A DNA stretch of 64,000 nucleotides. Source: Candidatus Aenigmatarchaeota archaeon. GTDB taxonomy: Archaea; Aenigmatarchaeota; Aenigmatarchaeia; GW2011-AR5. The translations under genes were made by a program, and so were the position numbers. Shown in pieces: positions 37,122 to 46,354 of the stretch. Each line of letters starts with the position of its first letter. Position 1 is the first letter of the stretch. The stretch lies in NCBI GenBank assembly GCA_016198685.1, contig JACQID010000006.1, positions 192,001 through 256,000 on the forward strand, read 5' to 3'. The notes under the pieces were generated by a model. It did no database searches. It saw nothing but the letters and a program-made list of their open reading frames with translations, and was not told the origin of the DNA.

Positions 37122-37139
37122 ATGTCCTATTTTGGACAT
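37122..37139. promoter_or_regulatory. inverted repeat, candidate operator in divergent promoter
   Basis: ATGTCC-N6-GGACAT between TATA-like TATTTAAA and TTTATA; extra half-sites ATGTCA (37102) and TTGTCC (~37153). Confidence 0.55.
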
Positions 37140-37180
37140 GAATTATTTATATTGTCCGGGGGATAGAAATGCTTCGGTGA

Positions 37181-37894
37181 ATGAAATGGAAAGGGATCAT
37201 CAAAGAAGACTCGAAGATTATCGGCATAAGTATAGAGTATGGTCACACGTATCTTGGAGACCCGCCAATACAAGAAGCAGGAATAGCGATTGCGAAAGAC
37301 ATTGAAGACATTGCCACAAACACTGGTGTTGCCGTTTCAAGGCTCGTGCTCATAGACGACTATAACCGTTCTGGGGGAGGCAAGGAAGAATACGCTAGTT
37401 TTTATTCCAAGCATCTTGAATTCTTCGGAATGAAACCGACACATATAGTATGGGAGGGAGATTGCGTCGGGCCTGCAAAAACACTTCTCGATTCTTTGCG
37501 TGAAGTTCCTCCTGGGGCAAATCTTTTGGGTAAATATTTTAAAGGTGAGAATATGTATGTTTCGGATCCGAGCGGAAAAAGAATAAAGGTAAGACATGGC
37601 ATGCATTATCAATGCCCGGTTCTTGCTGCAGTTTCAGAGTTGTCACAATTGGGGGTTGTGGACGTTCCTTATCATGCGACTGGGGAGCTGCGCCATTATA
37701 AAGGGAAGGCCGCTGTTGTTGTATTGCCTATGCAATATCGTCCCGTGGAAGAAAATGCCAATAGGCTAATTTCTCTGTTATATGGAGATGAACATGCGAT
37801 ACACAGGTTTTTCTTTGATGGCCGACCTTCAAAGGACTACGTTGCGTCATGGCTTGTCCAAAATGAGGTGATAAATGATGCAAGGATACCTTGA
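37181..37894 (+). CDS. class I aaRS-like HUP-fold protein (SCO2522-like)
   Basis: SIEYGHTY (HIGH-position), LVLIDDYN, WEGDC, YQCPVLAA...LG, VLPMQYRPVE. Family recalled from memory. Confidence 0.55.
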   Translation: MKWKGIIKEDSKIIGISIEYGHTYLGDPPIQEAGIAIAKDIEDIATNTGVAVSRLVLIDDYNRSGGGKEEYASFYSKHLEFFGMKPTHIVWEGDCVGPAKTLLDSLREVPPGANLLGKYFKGENMYVSDPSGKRIKVRHGMHYQCPVLAAVSELSQLGVVDVPYHATGELRHYKGKAAVVVLPMQYRPVEENANRLISLLYGDEHAIHRFFFDGRPSKDYVASWLVQNEVINDARIP

Positions 37895-38942
37895 ATGCGT
37901 AAAGTGTAAAAAGAAATATGAAGAATCGATAAAAACTGTTACTTGTATCCACAATAAATATTACGATTATCTTGAGTACAAGAATGTAGCGCCGGCAAAA
38001 AATACAGTGACTCTGGGGCAAGGCAATACCCCCATGGTAAAATTAAAAAAGACGGGAGCTATGATTGGATGCCAAGAATTATATGTTAAGGACGAGAGTA
38101 AGAATCCGACAGGCTCATTCAAGGATAGGGAGAGTGCTGTATTGATAGACAAGGCGGTTGATTTTGGTATAAAGGATGTTTTTGCAATATCGTCCGGCAA
38201 TGCCGCAATATCCCTTTCAGCATACGCAAAGGTGGCTGGAATACGTTGCACATGCTATATCCCCGATCATGCATCCGAAGGTAAAAAGAAAATGATACAG
38301 CTTTTTGGAGGAAAAATAGTGGAAATGGCAGGAACATATGAAGTGGTTTATAGAAAAATTCTGGACGAAAATATTCCGGGGTGGAATTGCACCTTAAACC
38401 CGTTCAAATCCGCAGGAAGCAAAAAAATCGCTTGGGAAATATACGAAAAGGTAGGGATGCCGGATAAGATTATCGTTCCGTGCGGTAATGGATCTAATCT
38501 TGCAGGCATATGGTCAGGCTTCAAGGAAATCGCGCAGATGAAAAAAATCGCGAAGCTTCCACAAATGATAGGAGTGCAGGTCGAAGGAGCTTCGCCGCTC
38601 AAAAGCGCCATGGAAAGTGGAAATGATTATGAGATTTTAAGCAACATTGCTGATTCCGTTGCTGAAGGTATCGTAGCAACCGAATCGTACTCTTCGCCAA
38701 AAGCATTGCGTGCATTGAAGGAATCAAAGGGTTCTGTATTAGAGGTGAATGAACGTGAGATAAAGAGCGCCTTAAGGCATATGTTAATTGAGGAATCCTT
38801 GGTAATGGAGCCTACGTCTGCAGCTGCATTTGCAGCCGTCTGGAAGCTCAACATTTCCGGTAAAAAAGTCATAGTTTTGCTGACGTCTAGTGGGACAAAT
38901 ACTCTTTCTGAGATATCGGATATTGTTTTGGGTTCGCGCTGA
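37875..38942 (+). CDS. threonine-synthase-like PLP fold-II enzyme
   Basis: TLGQGNTP, NPTGSFKDR (PLP Lys), SSGNAA, VPCGNGSNL, EPTSAAA. Confidence 0.88.
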   Translation: MMQGYLECVKCKKKYEESIKTVTCIHNKYYDYLEYKNVAPAKNTVTLGQGNTPMVKLKKTGAMIGCQELYVKDESKNPTGSFKDRESAVLIDKAVDFGIKDVFAISSGNAAISLSAYAKVAGIRCTCYIPDHASEGKKKMIQLFGGKIVEMAGTYEVVYRKILDENIPGWNCTLNPFKSAGSKKIAWEIYEKVGMPDKIIVPCGNGSNLAGIWSGFKEIAQMKKIAKLPQMIGVQVEGASPLKSAMESGNDYEILSNIADSVAEGIVATESYSSPKALRALKESKGSVLEVNEREIKSALRHMLIEESLVMEPTSAAAFAAVWKLNISGKKVIVLLTSSGTNTLSEISDIVLGSR

Positions 38943-38975
38943 TAATATTAAAAACACTGCCAAAGAAGTGATACC

Positions 38976-40637
38976 ATGACGCTCGAGAAATTCCGGGAAG
39001 AGTCGAGGCAAATAGCAGGCAATTACAATACGCTTTTGGAAACGCCTCCAAAGGAAATAAAGGCGGATTTGGCCATGCCGTGCTTCTCGCTTGCAAGGGA
39101 ACTTCGCAAAGCGCCGCAGGAAATAGCCGTTTCGCTCGCAAAAGAATTTTCAAAAAACAAATTTACCTTGATAAAAGAAATCAAGGCTGAAGGGTCATAT
39201 GTGAATTTTTACGCCAACTGGGACAAGCTATCGGAAGAAATAATAACAAGTGCGTCCGAAAAAGAGTATGGCAAAGGAAATGCAATGGGCAAGGTTATTG
39301 TGGAGTTTGCGCATCCGAATACGCACAAGCTCTTCCATATAGGGCACTTAAGGAACATAATTACCGGCGAATCCGTAGCGCGAATGCTAGAGTATTCGGG
39401 CGTGAAAGTCATACGGGCAAACTACCAGGGAGACGTGGGCTTGCATATAGCAAAATGTTTGTGGGCCATTGGCAAGGAAGACGTAAAAAAAATAAAGAAT
39501 CTTGACGATAAGATACGGTTCCTTGGCAAGGCTTATGCAAAAGGCAGCAAGTCATACGAAGAAGATGAAAACGCGAAAAAAGAAATAATAGAGATCAATG
39601 CGAAAATATACAAGAAAGACCCGGGCATAATGAAGCTCTGGCAGGAAACCCGCCAGTGGAGCCTGGATTATTTTGCAAGAATATATGCGAGGGTCTATAC
39701 AAGATATGACAGGCTGTTTTTCGAATCCGAAGTTGCTGGAAAAGGCCTCAAGATATCCCAGCATGCGCTGAAGAAAGGGATACTCAAAGAGAGCGATGGC
39801 GCGGTAATATTTGACGGCGAATCGCATGGTCTTGATAAGCGCGTATTCATAAACAGCCTGGGCTTTCCGACATATGAAGCCAAAGAGCTTGCCCTCGCCG
39901 AGCTAGAATTTACCGAGTTTGGGAAAATAGACAAGTGCATACATGTAGTCGGGCCTGAACAGGCCAGCTTCTTTAAGGTGACGTTCAAGGTCGAAGAGCT
40001 CCTCGATCAGAAATACAAGGATAAACAGTTTCATCTGGCTTATGGCTGGGTAAAATTACGGGACGGCAAGATGTCCTCACGGCTCGGCAACGTCATAGAA
40101 GGCGAGTGGCTGCTTCAAGAGCTCAAGAAGGCCATACTAGGGAATTATGTTGCAAAAGAGGATCACGATGAAAAGCTCAAGGAAGAGATAGCGGAGGCGG
40201 GCGCAATCGGGGCGGCAAAGTATTATTTCCTCAAGTACGGGACTGCATCCGAAATTTCCTTTGACATAAAGGAAGCGGCGTCGCTTGAAGGTGATACAGG
40301 CCCGTACCTGCAGTATACTCATGCACGGGCTGCATCTGTCCTGAGAAAATCAGAGAAGACGCCACAACCAGGACCGGTTTCGGAGAATGAGACAGAGCTT
40401 GCGCGCAAGCTTGCGGAATTCCCGGAGTCTGCCCGGAAAGCTGCAGAAGAATTGAAGCCGAACATCGTGGCAAATTATGTTTTTGAACTCGCATCGATGT
40501 TCAATGCCTATTATCATGAAGAGAAAATAATAGGATCGCAAAACGAGGCCCAGAAACTTGCATTGGTCGGAGCTGTCAAGAACGTTATAGGAATTTCCCT
40601 AAATCTTCTGGGGATAAAGCCGCTCGAAAAGATGTAA
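38976..40637 (+). CDS. argS: arginine--tRNA ligase
   Basis: PNTHKLFHIGHLRN, GKMSSRLG, EGDTGPYLQYTHAR, DALR anticodon domain. Confidence 0.98.
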   Translation: MTLEKFREESRQIAGNYNTLLETPPKEIKADLAMPCFSLARELRKAPQEIAVSLAKEFSKNKFTLIKEIKAEGSYVNFYANWDKLSEEIITSASEKEYGKGNAMGKVIVEFAHPNTHKLFHIGHLRNIITGESVARMLEYSGVKVIRANYQGDVGLHIAKCLWAIGKEDVKKIKNLDDKIRFLGKAYAKGSKSYEEDENAKKEIIEINAKIYKKDPGIMKLWQETRQWSLDYFARIYARVYTRYDRLFFESEVAGKGLKISQHALKKGILKESDGAVIFDGESHGLDKRVFINSLGFPTYEAKELALAELEFTEFGKIDKCIHVVGPEQASFFKVTFKVEELLDQKYKDKQFHLAYGWVKLRDGKMSSRLGNVIEGEWLLQELKKAILGNYVAKEDHDEKLKEEIAEAGAIGAAKYYFLKYGTASEISFDIKEAASLEGDTGPYLQYTHARAASVLRKSEKTPQPGPVSENETELARKLAEFPESARKAAEELKPNIVANYVFELASMFNAYYHEEKIIGSQNEAQKLALVGAVKNVIGISLNLLGIKPLEKM

Positions 40638-41123
40638 TCAGGGTATTTTTCTCACAGTTCTTTCCACTAAATCGAAAAGAAAAGCTTGACCCCTTCCAAT
40701 GCGATCCAATAGGCCATTTATGGCTAATTCAGCTCTCAGATAAAAAGTGGCAAAATCTTCGCATACATCCTCATGAGAAATGACTACAACGGCATCGGCG
40801 TTGCGCCCCCTGCTTTCTATATTGCTCATCAAACGACGCTGGTAACTAACGTTTCCTTCGGTGTAACCCTCGTTAATGCCCTGGCTTCCAGCAAGATAAT
40901 CGAGCGTCTCAACGGAAGACGCACCGAGTTCCCCAGCTACTATTCTTGCGGTCTCTTGTGCTCTTCCAAGGGGCGATGTGATCAAGCGAATGCTGCCTTC
41001 GCCTATCTGATTCTTTAGATATACGCCAAGAGCTTGGGCCTGTTCAACGCCCAGTTCGCTTAATCCGGACTCGTAATTTCTCGAGAGCGGGTCGCCGTGC
41101 CTCGCAATTGCAACATACCTCAT
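40638..41123 (-). CDS. histidine phosphatase (SixA-like)
   Basis: IARHG, LSELGVEQA, TSPLGRAQETA, VISHE. Confidence 0.88.
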   Translation of the reverse strand: MRYVAIARHGDPLSRNYESGLSELGVEQAQALGVYLKNQIGEGSIRLITSPLGRAQETARIVAGELGASSVETLDYLAGSQGINEGYTEGNVSYQRRLMSNIESRGRNADAVVVISHEDVCEDFATFYLRAELAINGLLDRIGRGQAFLFDLVERTVRKIP

Positions 41124-41225
41124 GATTTAAGAAAGGGCTAAAAGCTTTAATTCATTGGCAGATTCAGCCTGCGGATGAATTGTTCTCCTGCAAGATTGGA
41201 TGCCGTGAAAGGACGAAAAGATTTT

Positions 41226-41684
41226 TCATGCCCGTCCCATGAATTCCGTTGTGCCGTCAGGGCGCACAAAAATAGCGTGCCCCCTTCTCAATTCAGGATG
41301 CGGTATTACAAGGCCGTATTTGCTACGCACATAAAAAGGCGGCAATGCGCTGGAAACTGCCTTGTGGGTTACCACAACTACATTATCTGCCATGTGAACA
41401 GCTTCGTCAACGCGGCCAATAATTGCGTTCAACGGTATTCTACCCGATGTATATTCGCGGAGCATAGGATCAGTTTCCACATATGCATCGCCCAAGAGAT
41501 CCGCCAATCTTTCCGCGCTGTTTTGGGACATGGGACTGCCGGCGGTGAGTATATAGAAGCATCCGGCCTGTCCCGATTCCTTTATCCTGCAGCCAAGATA
41601 ATCGATTTGCTCTGCGCCGTATGTATTCAGGCTGCCATCTTCTTGATGATAATTGCCGTGCCTTGCAATGAAAAGATTTGGCAT
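41226..41684 (-). CDS. histidine phosphatase (SixA-like), divergent paralog
   Basis: IARHG, LNTYGAEQ, VVVTHK; the SP.xRA motif is degenerate. Confidence 0.78.
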   Translation of the reverse strand: MPNLFIARHGNYHQEDGSLNTYGAEQIDYLGCRIKESGQAGCFYILTAGSPMSQNSAERLADLLGDAYVETDPMLREYTSGRIPLNAIIGRVDEAVHMADNVVVVTHKAVSSALPPFYVRSKYGLVIPHPELRRGHAIFVRPDGTTEFMGRA

Positions 41685-41707
41685 GACGTCTTTACATCAG
41701 AAAATTA

Positions 41708-42220
41708 TTAATTTGTTTTTCTGGCCAGAATAACGTATTCTTTTTCCTTGCCGTGGATTTCAAATTCAAATATTATCTGAAAATCAGTGAGAAGAGAACG
41801 AAGCAGGTTCCTCCTCTCTTCATAGACGCCATGCGAAAAGAAGACAGACAAAAGTGCCAGTCCTCCGGGCTTCAATACCCTGGCGAAATCCGTGTCTTTC
41901 ACGAGATGCATCGTATCAACAGACACCACTGCATCAAAGCGACCGTTCTTGAAAGGAAGAAACTTTGCGTCGCCAATTACCAGAGTTTCCTTGTCGACTT
42001 TTTTCATGAAATCCTTGCGGATGTCCAAAGAGACAACGTTTTTGACGTCAAATTCCTTGCTGACAAGAAAACGCTCCAAATAGCCGGAACCGGATCCTAT
42101 ATCCAGAACCCGTTTTTCGAGTATGGATGAGAAAAAGTCCCTTCCCATGATGCGCAGGAACTCGTCGTATTTTTCCCATTGAACATCCTGCCATGAATCA
42201 TAAACCTGAGGCGTGAACAT
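41708..42220 (-). CDS. class I SAM-dependent methyltransferase
   Basis: VLDIGSGSG, GDAKFLPF..GRFDAV, RVLKPGG. Confidence 0.9.
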   Translation of the reverse strand: MFTPQVYDSWQDVQWEKYDEFLRIMGRDFFSSILEKRVLDIGSGSGYLERFLVSKEFDVKNVVSLDIRKDFMKKVDKETLVIGDAKFLPFKNGRFDAVVSVDTMHLVKDTDFARVLKPGGLALLSVFFSHGVYEERRNLLRSLLTDFQIIFEFEIHGKEKEYVILARKTN

Positions 42221-42225
42221 CGTTA

Positions 42226-42699
42226 TTAATTGCGCTCCAATGAATTAAATCTTTGCATTATGGTTGCGATGCGTTTTTCCTTGAGTACGCCCTCTTCGGC
42301 CGATACATCGTAAGAATTGACAGAAAGTGCAGAGGATATGATACTCACTGTCCATACAGGAACGCCGGCTTTCATGGCAAGCGTGAGAAGCGTTTGCACA
42401 GGAGGCATGCTATAATCTGCAACTGCAATCTGCACTGCTTTCTCAGGGGATATTTTTACGGTGGCGATGTCGAGCTTTTCCAGCTTGCTCAAGGCAGGCG
42501 TTTCCGCTTCGACTTCCACTGTGCCGTTCTCATGAACAGTGCAGTTTACTGTCGTATGGGTTTTAGGATTATAAAAATGGAGGGTCCATTCGCCTATGCT
42601 TTCGTGCACAGAAGCGAACAAGGAGCCCAGGAAATAATTTTCAAGGCGTTTGGTCTTTTCGCTTTCCCCGGCTATCTTTACGGCCTTGGAGAAAAGCAT
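42226..42699 (-). CDS. hypothetical protein with PepSY-like C-terminus
   Basis: ISPEKAVQIA...PVWTV...YDVSAEEG pattern. Confidence 0.6.
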   Translation of the reverse strand: MLFSKAVKIAGESEKTKRLENYFLGSLFASVHESIGEWTLHFYNPKTHTTVNCTVHENGTVEVEAETPALSKLEKLDIATVKISPEKAVQIAVADYSMPPVQTLLTLAMKAGVPVWTVSIISSALSVNSYDVSAEEGVLKEKRIATIMQRFNSLERN

Positions 42700-42700
42700 C

Positions 42701-42928
42701 TTACACCTTCTTCAGTTTTTCAGCAACGAAGTTTATAACAGCTTCGTCTACGGGTATAGCGAAGGACTTATTGTATCTTCTTTCGCCTTCCTTCGTGAAG
42801 AAGCCTCTGCTTAGCGATATGAAAACATTTTCGCCTTCTTCAGTCTTGGCTTTCTTCCTGGCGACTTCCAGAAACTTGTTCTCGCCAAATTTTATTTCCT
42901 CGGATGTTATGGTTTCAAATTCTACCAT
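42701..42928 (-). CDS. small conserved protein, possibly PC4-like nucleic-acid binder
   Basis: Beta-rich FLEVARKK..FISLSRGFFTKEGERRYNKSFAIP plus C-terminal helix; SD GGAGGT. Confidence 0.6.
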   Translation of the reverse strand: MVEFETITSEEIKFGENKFLEVARKKAKTEEGENVFISLSRGFFTKEGERRYNKSFAIPVDEAVINFVAEKLKKV

Positions 42929-43005
42929 TTGTGCCTTACCTCCTTGTGTTTTGTTTGCTGAAAATTAGAGGGCATCGACTTATTTAAAGATATTTCATTG
43001 CCATC

Positions 43006-44454
43006 CTAAAAAACTATTTCAATGTCTGAAAGCTTGCCGTCCTTGAACAAACGAATAAGATGATTGTTCGTATCCGCTATCAAAAGAGCATCGCCAAGGC
43101 TAATTACATCATTGGGTTCATAAAGCGGAAGGTAATCGCATTCCGTATCGCCTATAGTGCAAATCTTGGAGGTTTTTCTTCCTATTAAAGCAGACACAGT
43201 TCGGGTTCTAAGGTCAGCTTCCCTGATTGCGTGGTTGTAGGTGTCGGCGATATACACCTTTCCGTTGGAATAATCAACTCCAAGTGGATGCTGCAAAAGA
43301 GCCTTGTCAAATTGTCCGTCGGCAAAGCCGAACACAAACAGGCCTTTTCCTATCAATGTTTCGACAACTCCGGATGAAAAATGGACGCGACGCAAGGCGG
43401 ATACCTCGCTGTCAACAAAATACAGGAATTCTCCGTCAGTTGCAAGACCCGATGGCTGTGCAAGGAAGGCAGAATGTCTTGGCCCGTCGATTATGTTCTC
43501 GGCCGAAGTTCCGGCGTAAGATACAAGCTGCCGGGTTCTTGTATCCATTTCCCATATCTGGTGGGAGCCTGCCATGGCTATATAGAGTTTGTTATTGCGA
43601 AACAGGACATCCCAAGGAGAATTGAGTTTCCCTTTGTGCGGCTCGCCCTTCGATTGTTCGCCGGTGCCGGCAATCGTTTCAACCGTTTTTCTCTTCAAGT
43701 CTATGAGTCTTATTGCATGATTCTCAGTATCTGCGACGTATATACGGTCATCGGCGATCGCAACTCCCTGCGGCCTGCTGAACATGGCATTGGCAAAGCT
43801 TCCATCCATGAGGCCTCCTGCGATAGAACCTATTTCGTATAGGACTTTTGCTTTTGTGCCGTGCAATTCCGTGACAAGAATTCGGTTATGGTTAGAATCT
43901 GCTATCGCAAGAATGCCGTCTTTATAATCAATTTTTCCGGGGAATGAAAGAACACGTTTCGTTTCTTTTGGGCTAGAAGTTATTGAAATCTTCTCGGCGG
44001 CGATATCCCTTCTTTTGAGAAGTGCGGTTATCATGACATCGATGTCCTGCAATTGGCCCTCTCCCGATCGTTTATATGCAATTTTCCCATCAGGCCCTAT
44101 TATTACTATTGTAGGCCATGCAGTAACCCTGTAAGCATTCCATATATGGTGATCTTTGTCCACGATGACCGGATGCGTTATTTCGTACCTTTCGACTGCC
44201 GACTGTATGTTATTCACATCATTTTCGTTTTCGAATTTTGCGGAATGGACGCCTATGAACACAACCGGTTGCCCGGCATAATCTTCTTCGAGCATCTTAA
44301 GGTCCGGTAACACATGGATGCAATTGATGCAGCAGTAAGTCCAGAAGTCAAGGACCACGACATGGCCTTTGAGGGCTTTCATGCTGAGAGGCCTATCACT
44401 ATTGAGCCACTCGCCTGTTGCGGGAAATTCCGTAGCGGAAGAAGAAAACAACAT
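43006..44454 (-). CDS. thioredoxin-like + NHL beta-propeller protein (NHLRC2/SOQ1-like)
   Basis: DFWTYCCINCIH, IGVHSAKF, multiple IADSNHNRI/ADTENHAIR NHL repeats, PSGL, QHPLGV. Confidence 0.92.
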   Translation of the reverse strand: MLFSSSATEFPATGEWLNSDRPLSMKALKGHVVVLDFWTYCCINCIHVLPDLKMLEEDYAGQPVVFIGVHSAKFENENDVNNIQSAVERYEITHPVIVDKDHHIWNAYRVTAWPTIVIIGPDGKIAYKRSGEGQLQDIDVMITALLKRRDIAAEKISITSSPKETKRVLSFPGKIDYKDGILAIADSNHNRILVTELHGTKAKVLYEIGSIAGGLMDGSFANAMFSRPQGVAIADDRIYVADTENHAIRLIDLKRKTVETIAGTGEQSKGEPHKGKLNSPWDVLFRNNKLYIAMAGSHQIWEMDTRTRQLVSYAGTSAENIIDGPRHSAFLAQPSGLATDGEFLYFVDSEVSALRRVHFSSGVVETLIGKGLFVFGFADGQFDKALLQHPLGVDYSNGKVYIADTYNHAIREADLRTRTVSALIGRKTSKICTIGDTECDYLPLYEPNDVISLGDALLIADTNNHLIRLFKDGKLSDIEIVF

Positions 44455-44514
44455 ATAGATTTTAGATACGACAGTGCAATAATAAATACCTTTCTGATCG
44501 AATATCTGAGAATT

Positions 44515-44832
44515 ATGTACATTATCGGCGGGAACGTAAATGCATCAGAACCTTTTCAGGCCGCCTTAGAAAGATGCGCCGACGGTTCGCTTTCGGGCAT
44601 CTTAGAAACGCTCTCAGGAAGATATCCTGCACAGGTTGTGTCAGGCAGACATGGCGAAATGATGACTGCAGGCCCTCTCACTTTCAGACTTGAAACGCTA
44701 TGGATGACAACGCAAAAACTAACGCAAGTTTTAGGACGATGTTTCTACAATGGGCGGGTTGTTGGAGATATCAATGCCTATATCGAAGAAAGGCCTGCCG
44801 GTACAAGACTTCATTCATTGTACATGGATTAA
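44515..44832 (+). CDS. hypothetical protein (likely start 44515)
   Basis: Open frame filling the gap; no motif recognised. Confidence 0.45.
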   Translation: MYIIGGNVNASEPFQAALERCADGSLSGILETLSGRYPAQVVSGRHGEMMTAGPLTFRLETLWMTTQKLTQVLGRCFYNGRVVGDINAYIEERPAGTRLHSLYMD

Positions 44833-45974
44833 ATAAAATCCTTCACGCTTTTCTGGCGCAATATAACGCTTCTTTTCAGGTATTCTGCCAAAGGCAGGCG
44901 TATTCTTGCTTTAATATATTCAAGCGCTTCTGTTTTCGATGCAAATCGTTTAGCTATGGAGTTGAATGCATTGCGGATCGTTTCCCGGACCAGCCAGACG
45001 CCAATCGGCACGGTATAGCCTCCGCCTATTTCCCGGAACACGACGGCCTTGCACTGCTTTTTCATGGCATGAACCGCTTCAGTGACTCCGATGCGCGAAG
45101 CATAGTATCCTCCGGCTTCAGTGCTTGCGTAATCCTTGCGTCCGGAGAACGGCTCGTACTCGGCTGCTATTTCCACGGCATCGGAAAATGACCAGTTGCT
45201 GCCAGGATGCCATGCCTCGAAGTTTTCAAATTCCCAAGTGCCTGGCATCAGAAGAATGACAAAATGGTTGTCCATATATTCCGATTCGTAGACAAGGCAT
45301 TCTTCAATTTCTGGAAACAATCGGATTTCCTTCATAAGGTGTTTTGCAATTATGTCATCTGATGCGGTAATGGACCAGCGTGTCGGAACCATTTTTTTTG
45401 ATATGCCGAGAATTCCCGAGGAAAGTATATTGGTAAGCTTGTAGACATCGACTCCGGATTTGTAAAGAAGAAAGCTTGCATCAGCGGCTTTCAGGTCATC
45501 GGAAACTATGCTGTCGACTTTTCTGGAAATCTTGGGATTCTGCGCAAGCCTCATGCTTTCTATTGTCACGGATGGCCCCATCGGCTGAACGTAAGATGAA
45601 ATCGTCATCCTATAGCCGGGCTTGTTTCGGAACCCAAGCTCGACATCAGTAGGAGAGGAAGCGAGTGCAAGCTCTTGATTATACTCAAGGAATTTTGACG
45701 GAGCATGGACTGAATGTCTGTATTTGCTCCGAAGAAGCGATGATCGCAGTTTTATTATGTCGTAATAGCCTTTCCCGAACCATTGGCCGGGATTATCCTG
45801 CGCAGATGAATATTCCATGGATGCAAGAGGACCGACAAATACATCCGGGTATCCCTGTCTTCCTACAAATATGGAAGATGACGGGCCGAAGAATGAATCG
45901 CCCATTTCCTGCAAGGCGCTTTTTATGGCAAGAGAAACGAAGACCGGCGGCGCGGTCCTTGACCTGACATTCAT
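44829..45974 (-). CDS. nreA: Nre family DNA repair protein
   Basis: FVGRQGYP.V.VGPL, VPTRWSITASDD, AGGYYASR, GVWLVRE; C-terminal PIP-like QKSVKDF. Confidence 0.93.
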   Translation of the reverse strand: MNVRSRTAPPVFVSLAIKSALQEMGDSFFGPSSSIFVGRQGYPDVFVGPLASMEYSSAQDNPGQWFGKGYYDIIKLRSSLLRSKYRHSVHAPSKFLEYNQELALASSPTDVELGFRNKPGYRMTISSYVQPMGPSVTIESMRLAQNPKISRKVDSIVSDDLKAADASFLLYKSGVDVYKLTNILSSGILGISKKMVPTRWSITASDDIIAKHLMKEIRLFPEIEECLVYESEYMDNHFVILLMPGTWEFENFEAWHPGSNWSFSDAVEIAAEYEPFSGRKDYASTEAGGYYASRIGVTEAVHAMKKQCKAVVFREIGGGYTVPIGVWLVRETIRNAFNSIAKRFASKTEALEYIKARIRLPLAEYLKRSVILRQKSVKDFI

Positions 45975-46042
45975 GAATCAATTTGGATTTAATCTATAAA
46001 GCGCTTGCCCGGAGCGAAGGGAATGTGGAGAAAGTAACGGCG

Positions 46043-46297
46043 CTATTTCTTAACAGATGCGCTTTTTTTGGCATGCTTGCTCCATTTAAGGTCCTCGTAT
46101 TCTATCCATGCCATGACAAAGCCGATGAATATCAGTCCCATCCCGAATAAACCGGAGAATAACACGGCAAAAGCGTATGTAGGTCTTATGTGAAATATCG
46201 GGTCGCCTGAAAAATGACCAAGAATGGGACCAACATACCAGTATAGACCTGCGGCAAAAAGAATCATGCCGATCAGAATCTTGGCTGCGGAATGCAT
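46043..46297 (-). CDS. small 2-TM membrane protein
   Basis: Two hydrophobic helices and a basic tail. Confidence 0.7.
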   Translation of the reverse strand: MHSAAKILIGMILFAAGLYWYVGPILGHFSGDPIFHIRPTYAFAVLFSGLFGMGLIFIGFVMAWIEYEDLKWSKHAKKSASVKK

Positions 46298-46354
46298 ATT
46301 ATGCTATAGAAAGTTAGTTTTATATTCTTTACCCGGCTACTTAATGGTGATATT

